Shown here piece by piece: positions 31,390 to 41,200 of a stretch of DNA of 64,000 bases; position 1 is the first letter of the stretch; each line of letters starts with the position of its first letter. Source of the DNA: Bacteroidota bacterium. Its GTDB lineage: Bacteria; Bacteroidota; Bacteroidia; AKYH767-A; OLB10. A program made the position numbers and the translations under genes. The notes under the pieces were generated by a model. The model ran no database searches and had not been told where the DNA came from. It saw only the letters and a program-made list of their open reading frames with translations. Where the stretch lies: NCBI GenBank assembly GCA_031421935.1, contig JANOPQ010000074.1, forward strand, positions 8,296 to 72,295, read 5' to 3'.

Positions 31390-31514
31390 GCTTCAAGCTT
31401 CAAGCTTCAAGCTTCAAGCTTCAAGCTTCAAGCTGTCTTCAATGTTATCAAGTGTCAAGTATCAAGTATCTAGCATCGAGTATCGAGTATCAAGTATCGA
31501 GCATCGAGCGTCGC
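31390..31514. repeat. Heptanucleotide tandem array (consensus GYWTCRA, about 18 units) filling the gap between two convergent stop codons
   Basis: (GCTTCAA)x6 is perfect (six HindIII AAGCTT sites). A ~20-nt degenerate transition follows, then GTGTCAA GTATCAA GTATCTA GCATCGA GTATCGA GTATCAA GTATCGA GCATCGA GCGTCGC. Confidence 0.95.
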
Positions 31515-31516
31515 TC

Positions 31517-31906
31517 TTAAAACCCATCATCTACAGGTTCCCAAAGTTCAATTTTGTTTCCGTCGGGATCCAGGATCCATGCAAACTTTCCGTATGAAAA
31601 AGATTCGGTGTTGCCGATTTGTGGAACGCCTTCTTCTTTTAAGAGTAGTAACAACTCCTCTAAATTTTCTACTCTAAAATTAATCATGAAAGGGGAGGTG
31701 GATGGATTGAGGTAATCGGTATCATTATTGAAAATGGAAAATTCAGTTCTGCCTTTTTCTGGTTCGACAGCGTCTTTCCATAGAAAGGAATAATAGCCTG
31801 CTCCTAACATGGAGAGGCCAAGGTGTTTGTCGTACCAAGCTTGTAGTCTTTTTGGATCAGCGGATTTGAAGAAGATGCCGCCGATGCCGATTACGCGTTT
31901 TTTCAT
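31517..31906 (-). CDS. VOC/glyoxalase-family protein
   Basis: 129-aa ORF with small beta-alpha-beta-beta-beta pattern, ..GGIFFKS..DPDGNKIELWEP. Confidence 0.7.
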   Translation of the reverse strand: MKKRVIGIGGIFFKSADPKRLQAWYDKHLGLSMLGAGYYSFLWKDAVEPEKGRTEFSIFNNDTDYLNPSTSPFMINFRVENLEELLLLLKEEGVPQIGNTESFSYGKFAWILDPDGNKIELWEPVDDGF

Positions 31907-32040
31907 GTGATTTTTAAATATAGTAGAAAGAATATTGTTTAAGATTATAAAATTTTATTTCTAATATTTTTTTAGTTGGTAAATGAAAATAAATTTCAAG
32001 TAATAAATCTATTTATTCGAAGAATTAGTACTTAACAAGT

Positions 32041-32237
32041 GGAACACGGATGACACGGATTAATAAGATAAACACGGATTTTTTCTCCTGCTCATCTAGT
32101 TTTCGAATTTAATAATATTACATGAAGGCAGGCTAGATATTAAAGTCACTTGAGATCAATTTTATTCTCCCTATCTAACTTTATCCTGGTGTTGGGAAAA
32201 CTTTTGTGTACTTTAGTGAACTTTAGTGCCTTTAGTG
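32041..32237 (+). repeat. Composite intergenic element, copy 1: left end with three ACACGGAT words, ~110-bp spacer, right end GGGAAAAC + CTTT(T/A)GTG x4
   Basis: 32041..32081 (ggaacacggatgacacggattaataagataaacacggattt) matches 42995..43035 at 37/41 positions. 32194..32237 reads gggaaaa cttttgtgta ctttagtgaa ctttagtgc ctttagtg. Confidence 0.8.
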
Positions 32238-32251
32238 TTTAAACGGAATAA

Positions 32252-33337
32252 TTATTCACTAAGAATATTTTTTATATTGTCGAATTTAGTTTTCAATTGC
32301 GGATGCTCTTTTATTTTGACTGGATGTTCCTTGATTTGTTTTTGAAGGTAATTAATTCGCTCTTTAGATACGGGATGCGAACTCATCCATTCGGGGATAT
32401 CAATGTCTTGTTCTTTTTCCAGCATCTTAAAAAGATCAATCATGCCTTGAGGGTTGATATTATGATTGCGCAATAAGGCAAGTCCGCTTAAGTCGGCTTC
32501 TTTTTCAAATTTACGCGAATAACTTAAGGTGTGAAATTGATGCGCATTATCGATGAACACAGTCATCAATCCATTTACATCATTGAGGACGAGGGTAAGC
32601 AACAAATATCCCGATACATTTCGACTTAATAGTCGCATGCCGTGTCGATGCTCTACATGCGATATTTCGTGAGAGAGCACTCCTGCTAACTCTTCAAAGC
32701 GATTCATTTTTTTCAGAATTCCGGTATTGATGATAATGCTGCCATCGGGCAAAGCAAAAGCATTTACTAGATCATCGTTCATAACGGTGATGTGGTACCG
32801 TGAATCTATTTCTGGAGCCATGATGTGGAGAAAAGAATTCAACTGTACACTTAAGGTGGAATCTTCATTATCTGTAAAGTCAGGGCTTTCACTCACCGTT
32901 TTTCCAATTTGATCATCAACACTTCGTGGTATAAGATCCACTGCTTTTTCGGCGAGGAAAGGGATGATAAAAAAATAGATGGCAGCGCACAAGGACAGCA
33001 CAGAAACAGCTAATAAAATATGGAAGGCAGTGCCCGCATGAAGAATCCGATAATACCAGTTCTCCTTAGAACTTGATTTGTTGAAGTGAAAATATGCATC
33101 AATAAAAACAGCATCTTTAATTTCAATGATACGACTGTTGTTGTTTTTTATCGATAAAATCAAATATGATTTTTCTCTGCGTTTGATGGTTAACTCCGAA
33201 AAAGGAAGATGTAAAACACCTTCCTCTTCCATTGTTAATATTAATCCCTCAAATGTTTTGTCAAACGAACATTCTGCATGAAATGGTTTTGTGATAATAC
33301 CATTGTAATACTTTACATCTGCAACTAATTCGTTCAT
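32252..33337 (-). CDS. M48-family zinc metallopeptidase with a ~100-aa N-terminal cytoplasmic domain and TM segment
   Basis: 361-aa ORF with HEISHVEHRH (HExxH) and a downstream EKEAD glutamate. A hydrophobic helix lies near residues 100-125. Confidence 0.85.
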   Translation of the reverse strand: MNELVADVKYYNGIITKPFHAECSFDKTFEGLILTMEEEGVLHLPFSELTIKRREKSYLILSIKNNNSRIIEIKDAVFIDAYFHFNKSSSKENWYYRILHAGTAFHILLAVSVLSLCAAIYFFIIPFLAEKAVDLIPRSVDDQIGKTVSESPDFTDNEDSTLSVQLNSFLHIMAPEIDSRYHITVMNDDLVNAFALPDGSIIINTGILKKMNRFEELAGVLSHEISHVEHRHGMRLLSRNVSGYLLLTLVLNDVNGLMTVFIDNAHQFHTLSYSRKFEKEADLSGLALLRNHNINPQGMIDLFKMLEKEQDIDIPEWMSSHPVSKERINYLQKQIKEHPVKIKEHPQLKTKFDNIKNILSE

Positions 33338-33348
33338 CGTTTATGTCT

Positions 33349-33499
33349 AATTAGAGTCTGTCTATAATTTAGTGTTTGGATCATAATGTTCGAGTTCGAG
33401 GCTTTCGCAGTCTTGAAAACCAAGGAGTTTACAACTGTAAATGACTGTTTTCAAGACAAGAGTAACGACGAAATCGGACATTATGGACAGACACTAATT
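33349..33499. repeat. ~150-bp imperfect inverted-repeat element (MITE-like or long RNA hairpin) filling the DUF898/M48 intercistronic gap
   Basis: Outer arms aattagagtctgtctataat and attatggacagacactaatt are complementary at 18/20. Arm segments starting at 33383 (ataatgt..) and ending at 33484 (..acattat) pair partially. Inner arms gtcttgaaaac (33410-33420) and gttttcaagac (33447-33457) form a perfect 11-bp stem. Confidence 0.75.
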
Positions 33500-34475
33500 A
33501 AACCACAAAACCTAAATCTAGCATATCCGACATATCCTCTCCAGTAGCGTCCGTGTATTCTTTTTCGGTTTGAACAAGTTGTTCGGTATCGATATTGCCT
33601 ACGATTTCAATCTTCGAGAAAATAAATTTAAGTGATCGGGTTAATACCCATGGGTAGGCAATTCCTAATGTGAAAATTAGCATCAACAAATTCACGACAA
33701 TCAATCCAAAGAAATCGCCACCAGAAGCGGTCGACTTTAGACGTATCGAATCGTCTTTATGTTGTAAAGAAAGATTGTCGATATAATATTGAAACAAACT
33801 TTTCTGCCACCAAAACATATAGATTCCTAGTGTAATGATGGTTAAAAAATATCCTTTAAGGTTTAGTACAAAAAACTCGCCGCCGTTCCCTTTGTATTTA
33901 AACTCGGCACTTCCGAATCGGACATTACTCAAAACGTATTTACGAATATTAATAGCCATCCATGCGCCATAAATCCCTAGTGAAATAATTGTAAAAAACA
34001 TTTCCTTAAAGAAGAGCATCATAAATTCCTTCCGATCTCCTCTATAACCAAATCGAATTCCTCTCCAACTGGTTCTCGACATGCGGTATTTATAACTACC
34101 GTGAATGGCTAATGGAATGATAAGAATAAATCCTCCTAGATACCAAATAAATCCTAGGATCATCATTTGCATATTCATCAAAACTACAAATCCAATAATG
34201 ATGATTCCTAAGAAGAGAATTGCTTTAATAAATCCTTTGAACATCTCTTTTCCTGTTCCATGAAATTCGAACCGACTTTCATCAAAAGAAGTAGAGCCAT
34301 ACAAGTATTGCAATTCTTTGGCTTTTGCCCATGGATAATATAATCCGAGGGTGAAAATTTTCAAAATCATATTAATGATGGCAATGCCAAAGTAAGTACT
34401 TCCTGTACCTACAAAAGAAAAGGGATACACTCGCTCCGGGTTGCTGTGAAGTGATTTTTGTTCGATGATTTCCAT
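33498..34475 (-). CDS. Multi-pass membrane protein, DUF898/YjgN-like
   Basis: 325-aa ORF with repeated hydrophobic hairpins carrying LG(L/I)Y.PW motifs (TLGLYYPWAKA, SLGIYGAWMA, TLGIYMFWWQ, TLGIAYPWVL). Confidence 0.7.
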   Translation of the reverse strand: MEIIEQKSLHSNPERVYPFSFVGTGSTYFGIAIINMILKIFTLGLYYPWAKAKELQYLYGSTSFDESRFEFHGTGKEMFKGFIKAILFLGIIIIGFVVLMNMQMMILGFIWYLGGFILIIPLAIHGSYKYRMSRTSWRGIRFGYRGDRKEFMMLFFKEMFFTIISLGIYGAWMAINIRKYVLSNVRFGSAEFKYKGNGGEFFVLNLKGYFLTIITLGIYMFWWQKSLFQYYIDNLSLQHKDDSIRLKSTASGGDFFGLIVVNLLMLIFTLGIAYPWVLTRSLKFIFSKIEIVGNIDTEQLVQTEKEYTDATGEDMSDMLDLGFVV

Positions 34476-34592
34476 AAATTGAGGATTAGATTTATGGAAC
34501 TAAAATAGTCTTTTTTGGATAACTAAGAAGAGCGTGGGCAAATTACTAATGCCGCAACTTGTTTTCCTCTTAAAAATAGATATGAAGTCCGC

Positions 34593-35819
34593 TTAATATA
34601 AGCTTCTGGTTCTGATTGTATTTTTAACCTGCTTCAATTCAGTCATTACTTTCGGACCCGATTTCTTGTCGATATCTAAAACGACATATCCAATTTCTTC
34701 GTTGGTTTTTAAATATTGTCCAATGATATTTACTTTCATATTAGAGAGGACGCCGTTAATTTGCGATAAAACACCAGGTACATTGGAGTGAATGTGCAAG
34801 ATTCGATGTGCATTATTCATCACGGGCAAACTAATTTCAGGAATAGTCAAAGAGCCCGAGCTACTTCCATTTTCTATGAATGCAACAAGTTTGTCCGCTA
34901 CATCTAATCCAATGGCTTCTTGTGCTTCTACCGTGCTTCCACCAATATGTGGAGTGAGAATAACATTATTTAGTCCTTGCAAAGGAGAGGCGAATACATC
35001 TTTATTGTCTTTGGGTTCTTCAGGAAAAACATCCACCGCTAATCCACCTAAATGTCTTTTTTCAATGGCCTCTTTCACTGCCCAAACGTCCATCACATCA
35101 CCACGACTTAAGTTAATGAGCACAGCACCGGGCTTCATCTTTTTCAAGCGCGACGTATTGATTAGATTTTTTGTTTCTATAGTTCCAGGAACATGCAACG
35201 TGATGATATCTGATTTTTTTAAAAGGTCATCCAGCGAATTGCTCGACCTTGCATTTCCTAAACTCAGTTTAGAAGTGATATCATAGAACATTACTTTCAT
35301 CCCTAACGCCTCAGCCATCACGGAAACTTGAGAGCCAATATGTCCGTAACCAACGATACCTAAAGTTTTCCCCCTTACCTCAAAACAATCCTTACTTTCT
35401 TTTAACCATAGTCCGTGATGTGCACCTTCACTCTTTTCAAAAACGCGTCGCATCAACATAATACTTAAACCTAAAACAAGTTCTGCAACTGATCGTGTAT
35501 TCGAAAACGGCGAATTAAAAACAGCAATTCCTTGTTTTCGGGCCATGTCCATTTTTATTTGATTGGTTCCAATACAAAAAGCGCCAATAGCAATCAATTT
35601 TTCTGCTTTTCTTAAAATTGCTTCCGTGATTTGTGTCTTAGAACGGATTCCCAAAATATGCACCTTTCCTATTTTTTCTAATAGTTCTTTTTCGGAAATA
35701 GAACCTTTGATGGACTCAATATCAGTATATCCTGCTTTATTTAAAAGGGTGATGGCCGAAGGGTGAATGTTTTCTAAGAGTAGAATTTTTAATTTTTCTT
35801 TCGGATAGGAGGTTTGCAT
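34593..35819 (-). CDS. serA: D-3-phosphoglycerate dehydrogenase (with C-terminal ACT domain)
   Basis: 408-aa ORF with NAD-binding GIVGYGHIG, catalytic region ..LSRG..VD..A..TPHIGGST, and an ACT-like tail. Confidence 0.92.
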   Translation of the reverse strand: MQTSYPKEKLKILLLENIHPSAITLLNKAGYTDIESIKGSISEKELLEKIGKVHILGIRSKTQITEAILRKAEKLIAIGAFCIGTNQIKMDMARKQGIAVFNSPFSNTRSVAELVLGLSIMLMRRVFEKSEGAHHGLWLKESKDCFEVRGKTLGIVGYGHIGSQVSVMAEALGMKVMFYDITSKLSLGNARSSNSLDDLLKKSDIITLHVPGTIETKNLINTSRLKKMKPGAVLINLSRGDVMDVWAVKEAIEKRHLGGLAVDVFPEEPKDNKDVFASPLQGLNNVILTPHIGGSTVEAQEAIGLDVADKLVAFIENGSSSGSLTIPEISLPVMNNAHRILHIHSNVPGVLSQINGVLSNMKVNIIGQYLKTNEEIGYVVLDIDKKSGPKVMTELKQVKNTIRTRSLY

Positions 35820-35907
35820 GATACAAGGTTAGTACATCTACCCAAAACATGGAGAGGAGAGGATAATAAATTTTAAACATGTATAAGTTAGTGAAATGCC
35901 AATTTTA

Positions 35908-35941
35908 TTGAAACATTACCAACCTACATTCTGTATATTTG
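35908..35941 (+). promoter_or_regulatory. Candidate promoter of fbp (-33 TTG, -7 TATATTTG)
   Basis: Perfect TAnnTTTG at 35934..35941, 25 nt upstream of the ATG. A TTG lies at 35908..35910, giving a 23-nt spacer, slightly long. Confidence 0.4.
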
Positions 35942-35966
35942 TTACACTCAACCTATACATAGCCTC

Positions 35967-36995
35967 ATGACTCAAACGTTAACTCCCGGTAAAAGATTTA
36001 TTACTCTTGGACAATTTATTATCGAAAGACAAAGTGATTTTCCATTTGCAAAAGGTGAATTGAGTCGGCTTTTAAGAGACATTGGAATTGCCGCGAAAGT
36101 CGTAAACCGTGAAGTAAACAAAGCAGGATTGGCCGATATTTTAGGAGAGTATGGGGAAACGAATGTTCAAGGTGAAGATCAAAAAAAATTGGATGTATAT
36201 GCCAATGAACAATTCATATTAGCGCTAGGAGCAGGAGGAGAGTGTATTGCCATTGCATCTGAAGAAAACGAAGACCTCATAGAAATTGATAGTAAGGTTT
36301 CTAAGGATGCACGTTATGTAGTATGTATAGATCCTTTGGATGGATCATCCAATATTGATGTGAATGTTAGTATCGGAACTATTTTTTCTATTTATCGTCG
36401 ATCCGATGATAAACATGGTCCAACAGACGTTTCTGATTTTATGCAGAAAGGAACGGAACAAATAGCTGCAGGATATGTGATTTATGGATCAAGTACCATG
36501 TTAGTTTATACGACTGGCAATGGTGTTAATGGATTTACCTTGGACCCATCTATTGGAGAGTTTTGCCTTTCACATCCCGATATGAAAATTCCAGAAGACG
36601 GAGCTATTTACAGCATAAATGAAGGAAATTATCGTCATTTTCCGGAAGGCGTAAAAGACTATGTAAAATATTGTCAACAGGAAGATGCAGCCACTAACCG
36701 TCCTTATTCAACACGTTATATAGGATCATTGGTGGCCGATTTTCACCGTAATTTGATAAAAGGGGGCATTTATATTTACCCTTCCACAGGAAAAGCTAAA
36801 AATGGTAAATTAAGACTTCTTTACGAATGTAACCCATTGGCTTTCATCATTGAACAAGCAGGGGGTAAAGCTTCTGATGGGTTCAATCGAATTGTAGAAA
36901 TACAACCTGAATCTTTACATCAGCGAGTGCCTCTTTTTATTGGTTCGGCCAATATGGTGGCAAAGGCAGAGGAATTTCTGAAGAACAGATTGTAA
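35967..36995 (+). CDS. fbp: Fructose-1,6-bisphosphatase class 1
   Basis: 342-aa ORF with ..[10 protein letters not shown].., ..YGSSTMLV.., ..[18 protein letters not shown] motifs. Confidence 0.95.
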   Translation: MTQTLTPGKRFITLGQFIIERQSDFPFAKGELSRLLRDIGIAAKVVNREVNKAGLADILGEYGETNVQGEDQKKLDVYANEQFILALGAGGECIAIASEENEDLIEIDSKVSKDARYVVCIDPLDGSSNIDVNVSIGTIFSIYRRSDDKHGPTDVSDFMQKGTEQIAAGYVIYGSSTMLVYTTGNGVNGFTLDPSIGEFCLSHPDMKIPEDGAIYSINEGNYRHFPEGVKDYVKYCQQEDAATNRPYSTRYIGSLVADFHRNLIKGGIYIYPSTGKAKNGKLRLLYECNPLAFIIEQAGGKASDGFNRIVEIQPESLHQRVPLFIGSANMVAKAEEFLKNRL

Positions 36996-37027
36996 TTATT
37001 TTCTCTGTTGAATCAAAGTCTATTCTT

Positions 37028-38221
37028 TTAAGCTGATTGTAATTCACAAATGGCTAACCAAGCCATGAGGCCTGTTCCAATTTCTAAAGCATTTTCTTCG
37101 ATGTCGAAAGTTGGAGTATGCACAGATGAAATAATGCCACGCGCTTCATTACGAGTTCCTAAGCGATAGAAGCAGGAAGGTGCTGTTTGGGAGAAGAAAG
37201 CAAAGTCTTCAGCTGCCATCCAAATGCTTAAGTCTACTACGTTTTGGGGTCCTAAATAGTCGATAGCATTTTGTTTTGCGCGTGCAGTTAACGCTTCGTC
37301 GTTGTATAAAGTGGGATATCCTTTTCTGATTTCGAATTCTAATTTTCCGCCCATCGACTCTACCAATTGATGTGCAAGATCAAGCATGCGTTGATGGGCT
37401 TCCTCTCTCCACTTTTCATCCAGTGTGCGGAAAGTTCCTTCAATATAAACTTCATCTGGAATAACATTCGTTGCTCCATTCGCAATGACTTTTCCAAATG
37501 AAAGTACACTCGGTAAAATTGGATTGGCTACACGACTAACAATCTGCTGCATGGCGACAATCAAATGAGAAGTGATTAGAACAGGATCAATATTTAAATG
37601 CGGCATAGCTCCATGTCCACCTTTTCCTTTTACTTTCAAATAAAGTTCGTCAGTACTTGCCATGTAAATTCCACTTCTGAATCCTACTTTTCCTGCTGGA
37701 ATAAAGGGCATCACATGTTGTCCAAATACACTAGAAGGTTTTGGATTTTCTAACACGCCTTCTTTAATCATCATGGAAGCACCACCAGGAAGTTTTTCTT
37801 CGCCAGGTTGAAAAATGAGTTTGATGGAGCCTTCGAATTCTCCTTTTAATTGATTCAAGATGGAAGCAGCACCTAAAAGAGATGAAGTATGTGCATCATG
37901 ACCGCAAGCGTGCATGACACCTACGTTCTGACTTCGGTAAGGCACATCGTTAGTTTCGGTGATGGGCAAAGCATCCATATCAGCGCGGAGTGCAATGATT
38001 TTTGAAGATGGATTTTTTCCTTCGATGAGTCCCACCAATCCGGTACCCGCAACTTTATCTTTGAACGGAATTCCAAACGCTTTTAATTTTTCTGCTACAA
38101 ATTTAGAAGTGTTAAATTCCATAAAAGATAATTCAGGATGGCTATGCAAATGCCGACGAATGGCCACAATTTCTTCTTGTTGTTGTGTGGCTAACTCTTG
38201 CACTTTTTTTGCTGAGATCAT
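37028..38221 (-). CDS. M20-family amidohydrolase (M20D, N-acyl-amino-acid amidohydrolase-like)
   Basis: 397-aa ORF with RRHLHSHPELSF, MHACGHDAH and ..FQPGEE.. motifs. Confidence 0.85.
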   Translation of the reverse strand: MISAKKVQELATQQQEEIVAIRRHLHSHPELSFMEFNTSKFVAEKLKAFGIPFKDKVAGTGLVGLIEGKNPSSKIIALRADMDALPITETNDVPYRSQNVGVMHACGHDAHTSSLLGAASILNQLKGEFEGSIKLIFQPGEEKLPGGASMMIKEGVLENPKPSSVFGQHVMPFIPAGKVGFRSGIYMASTDELYLKVKGKGGHGAMPHLNIDPVLITSHLIVAMQQIVSRVANPILPSVLSFGKVIANGATNVIPDEVYIEGTFRTLDEKWREEAHQRMLDLAHQLVESMGGKLEFEIRKGYPTLYNDEALTARAKQNAIDYLGPQNVVDLSIWMAAEDFAFFSQTAPSCFYRLGTRNEARGIISSVHTPTFDIEENALEIGTGLMAWLAICELQSA

Positions 38222-38288
38222 CTTTTTTAGGAGCGTATTATATTTAATTTGAAAAGTGATTTGTTTATTTTAGATGGATGTGTTGGTT

Positions 38289-41200
38289 TTAGAAATCAAG
38301 TCCAAGCGAGAAATAAAATATTCTTTCCTGCACCACACCATCATCTACACCCCAAGCCCAGTCAGCACGTAGGAAGTAGCCAAGCACTCTGCTCCGCAAT
38401 CCAAATCCATATCCGCCAACAATAGGTTCTACCGTTTTAGTAACTGAGATGCTGATTGGATTTCCATTATAATCTTTTCTAAATAAAGAGTTCGATTTAT
38501 CGTATGGGTTAGGACCTGTCCAAGCAGTACCGATATCACCGAATCCAATGATTTGGAAGTTGCGAATGAAATCGGAACGTATCGGTTTGTTGACTAAGTA
38601 TTGAAATATAGGAAGACGAATTTCACTGTTGATGAGCGCGAAACTATTTCCGTTTCTAATGTTTTGAATAAATCCACGCATGTTGGTTGCTAAAGCTTGA
38701 AAAGCATATTGCTGTGTTTGATCAATCTGAATATCGTAATTGAAATTATCAGTCGGTGTAAATGCATTGTCTGTAGATCCTAAATAGTAGATCAATTTAC
38801 GCGTACCAATGGAGGTACTTGCTGCAAATCGATTCGCCCAAATCAGTTGTCGATGGATCTTGAGGTAATGACGGAAGTCGGCACCGAAAACACCCAACAC
38901 CGCATTCTTTTGTTCGAGTTGTTGATAGATCTCAGCAAAAACTTTGTAACGTATTCCATTGTAAAGATTCAAGCCAGTGTTAATAGAGTTATCGTAAACA
39001 AATTCAGCCCGGGCCGATCCCCATTGTTGGAATTGATTTGGAATAGTGAGATTGACTAAATCGGTACTTAAAATGGCTAATCGATCGTTTCGATAAGCCA
39101 CCATTCCACGTAAACTTGCTAAATCGTTAAACGGCCAACGCACATTGTATTTCACTTCATGCGTATGAACTTTGTAGAGAGAAAAACTGGTTGCCTCCTC
39201 ACGCCCTTGGCGATAAAATGAAATGGATTTATCAAGTCGATGTTTTAAATTTTCATAGCGCACATAATACTCATTGGAATTTAAATTTCCGCTGAGTCGA
39301 AATCCGCCTACAATTCGATAATCATCAAATAAATCATTTACCCCAATTTTAAATAGTGCGTTTAATCCTGGATAAAAATAAACAGCTCCACCTGTGTAAG
39401 CTTGGTAAGTTTCATTCAATAAATTATTGTCGAGTTGTGTTAACACATAACTCGGCATAAACGATAATTCGTAGTTGCGTTGCTTGGGTAATAAATAAGA
39501 AGCAGAATCTTCCACCGGACCTTGTGCAATAATTCCAGCTGGTGTTTCAGTCGAATTGGATTCAATCGGATCTGCTAAATGAATAGAATCAACGGCTGGT
39601 TTTTGTACAGCTGATTTTTCTTTTTCCTTTTTATTTTTCTTGCGTGGAAAATCCGACTGGAAAACATAATTATTAATATCGATGGAATTGCTGTCGGCTA
39701 CTTTTTCCGTGTTGGTAGAAGTGGAGGAGTTTTCTTGCGTTACTACTTTTGCGTTGGTTCCGCTCTGTGATTTTTCTTTTTTTGGAGCGGCAGCTCTAAA
39801 ATTTTTATTGCGTAAACTGGTATTTTTTAATGGTTCTGTAAGAACAGAGGAAGATGCCGGAGCTGGATTCAAAAAGATTTGATAGCGTGAATTCAAATGC
39901 ATCAACTCAGCATACTTTGTTCCTTTGCTACTTAAATCATGTTGCAATACATTCCTTTTGTAATCACTTTGTGGTTCCGATTTTACAATATAACGGTAGT
40001 GGATTACCGTATCAATATAGGCAATGGCACTGTCAAGCGTAGCGGTATATCGGTTTTTAATTCCGTTCTCATCGCTGAGGTAGGAGAAATGAGAAGAATC
40101 TAATTGAATAGGCTCCGTTTCATTGATCCCATAGGTATTGGTAAGTTGAAGGAGTTGAGCCGATTTGTTCATGTAATCATACAAAAAAACATCGCTCGAT
40201 TGTGGTATTTCTAACTCATCCGCTTGGCGAATAGGAGTAGGACGCAAAGTATCTTCGGTGCGTGTAGAACTGAAGATAATGTAACGATCGTCCATCACAA
40301 ATTTTGGAGAAAGATCGTCCCAACGGTCTTTGGTGAGTTGGGTATATGTTTTAGTGCGCGGACTAAAACTATAAAGATCGGATTGACCTTTTTGCACTGC
40401 TGATAATATGATTTCTGAACCAGAAGAATTATAACTGAAGTCGAGTACTTTTTCGAAATAGAAAAATTTATTCGATTCGCGTTTTGTTTTCTTGCCGAAC
40501 GTATAATAATCTAACCAAAGCTTTCCCTTCTTTTCCTTGATGGCACTCAAATATCTTCCTGATGGATGCCATGCTAAAGTGGGATAACTTAAATCCATCG
40601 CTTGGTTTACTGACTTGTATCCACCCTTCGCAATTTTTTTTCTTTTCTTGGTACGCACATCATACAACCAAATTTTATATTTGCCCAAATCGTTGGTCAC
40701 ATAGGCAACTTGATTTCCATCTGGACTCACTCTCACCTGACTCAAATATCGATTTTGTTTTTTCAAAATATAAACAGGATCACCAGCAGGTAATTTTCTG
40801 TTCTTGTCATCTTCCACATAAAGATTTTGATAATACTGAATCCAATTTTTCCGGACTTCTTTCATCGGCACACCCAACACATAAATAAAACCGTTTTCTA
40901 TATTTCGGTTGATGCGTGTCATGTACAACAAATTCGAAACTGATGTTTTACCATACGTTTCCACAATATAATTCCACAACGACATCCCTGCAAACTCAGC
41001 AGCTTGTCCGGTAAGGTTATCAAAATTTCGATAATGTTTTCCTAAAATCGCATCACGCATTTTGCTATCCTGTTCAGGCGTCCATCCTTTAGAAACATAA
41101 GCAATCAATCCATTCACATACCATTCGGGTAAATTCAACAGGACAGAAGCTTGCAAGCGATCTTTAATACTTCCTCCATACATCAGTTGATTTATCATCA

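Noticed and set aside
31390-31514. Heptamer array as a phase-variation switch
   Set aside because: The array lies between the stop codons of two convergent genes, not in a promoter or 5' coding region. Copy-number change would not shift any reading frame or alter -33/-7 spacing.
34792-35286. 164-aa ORF antisense to serA
   Set aside because: It lies entirely inside a well-supported serA frame on the other strand and its translation has no recognisable features. This is a typical shadow ORF.
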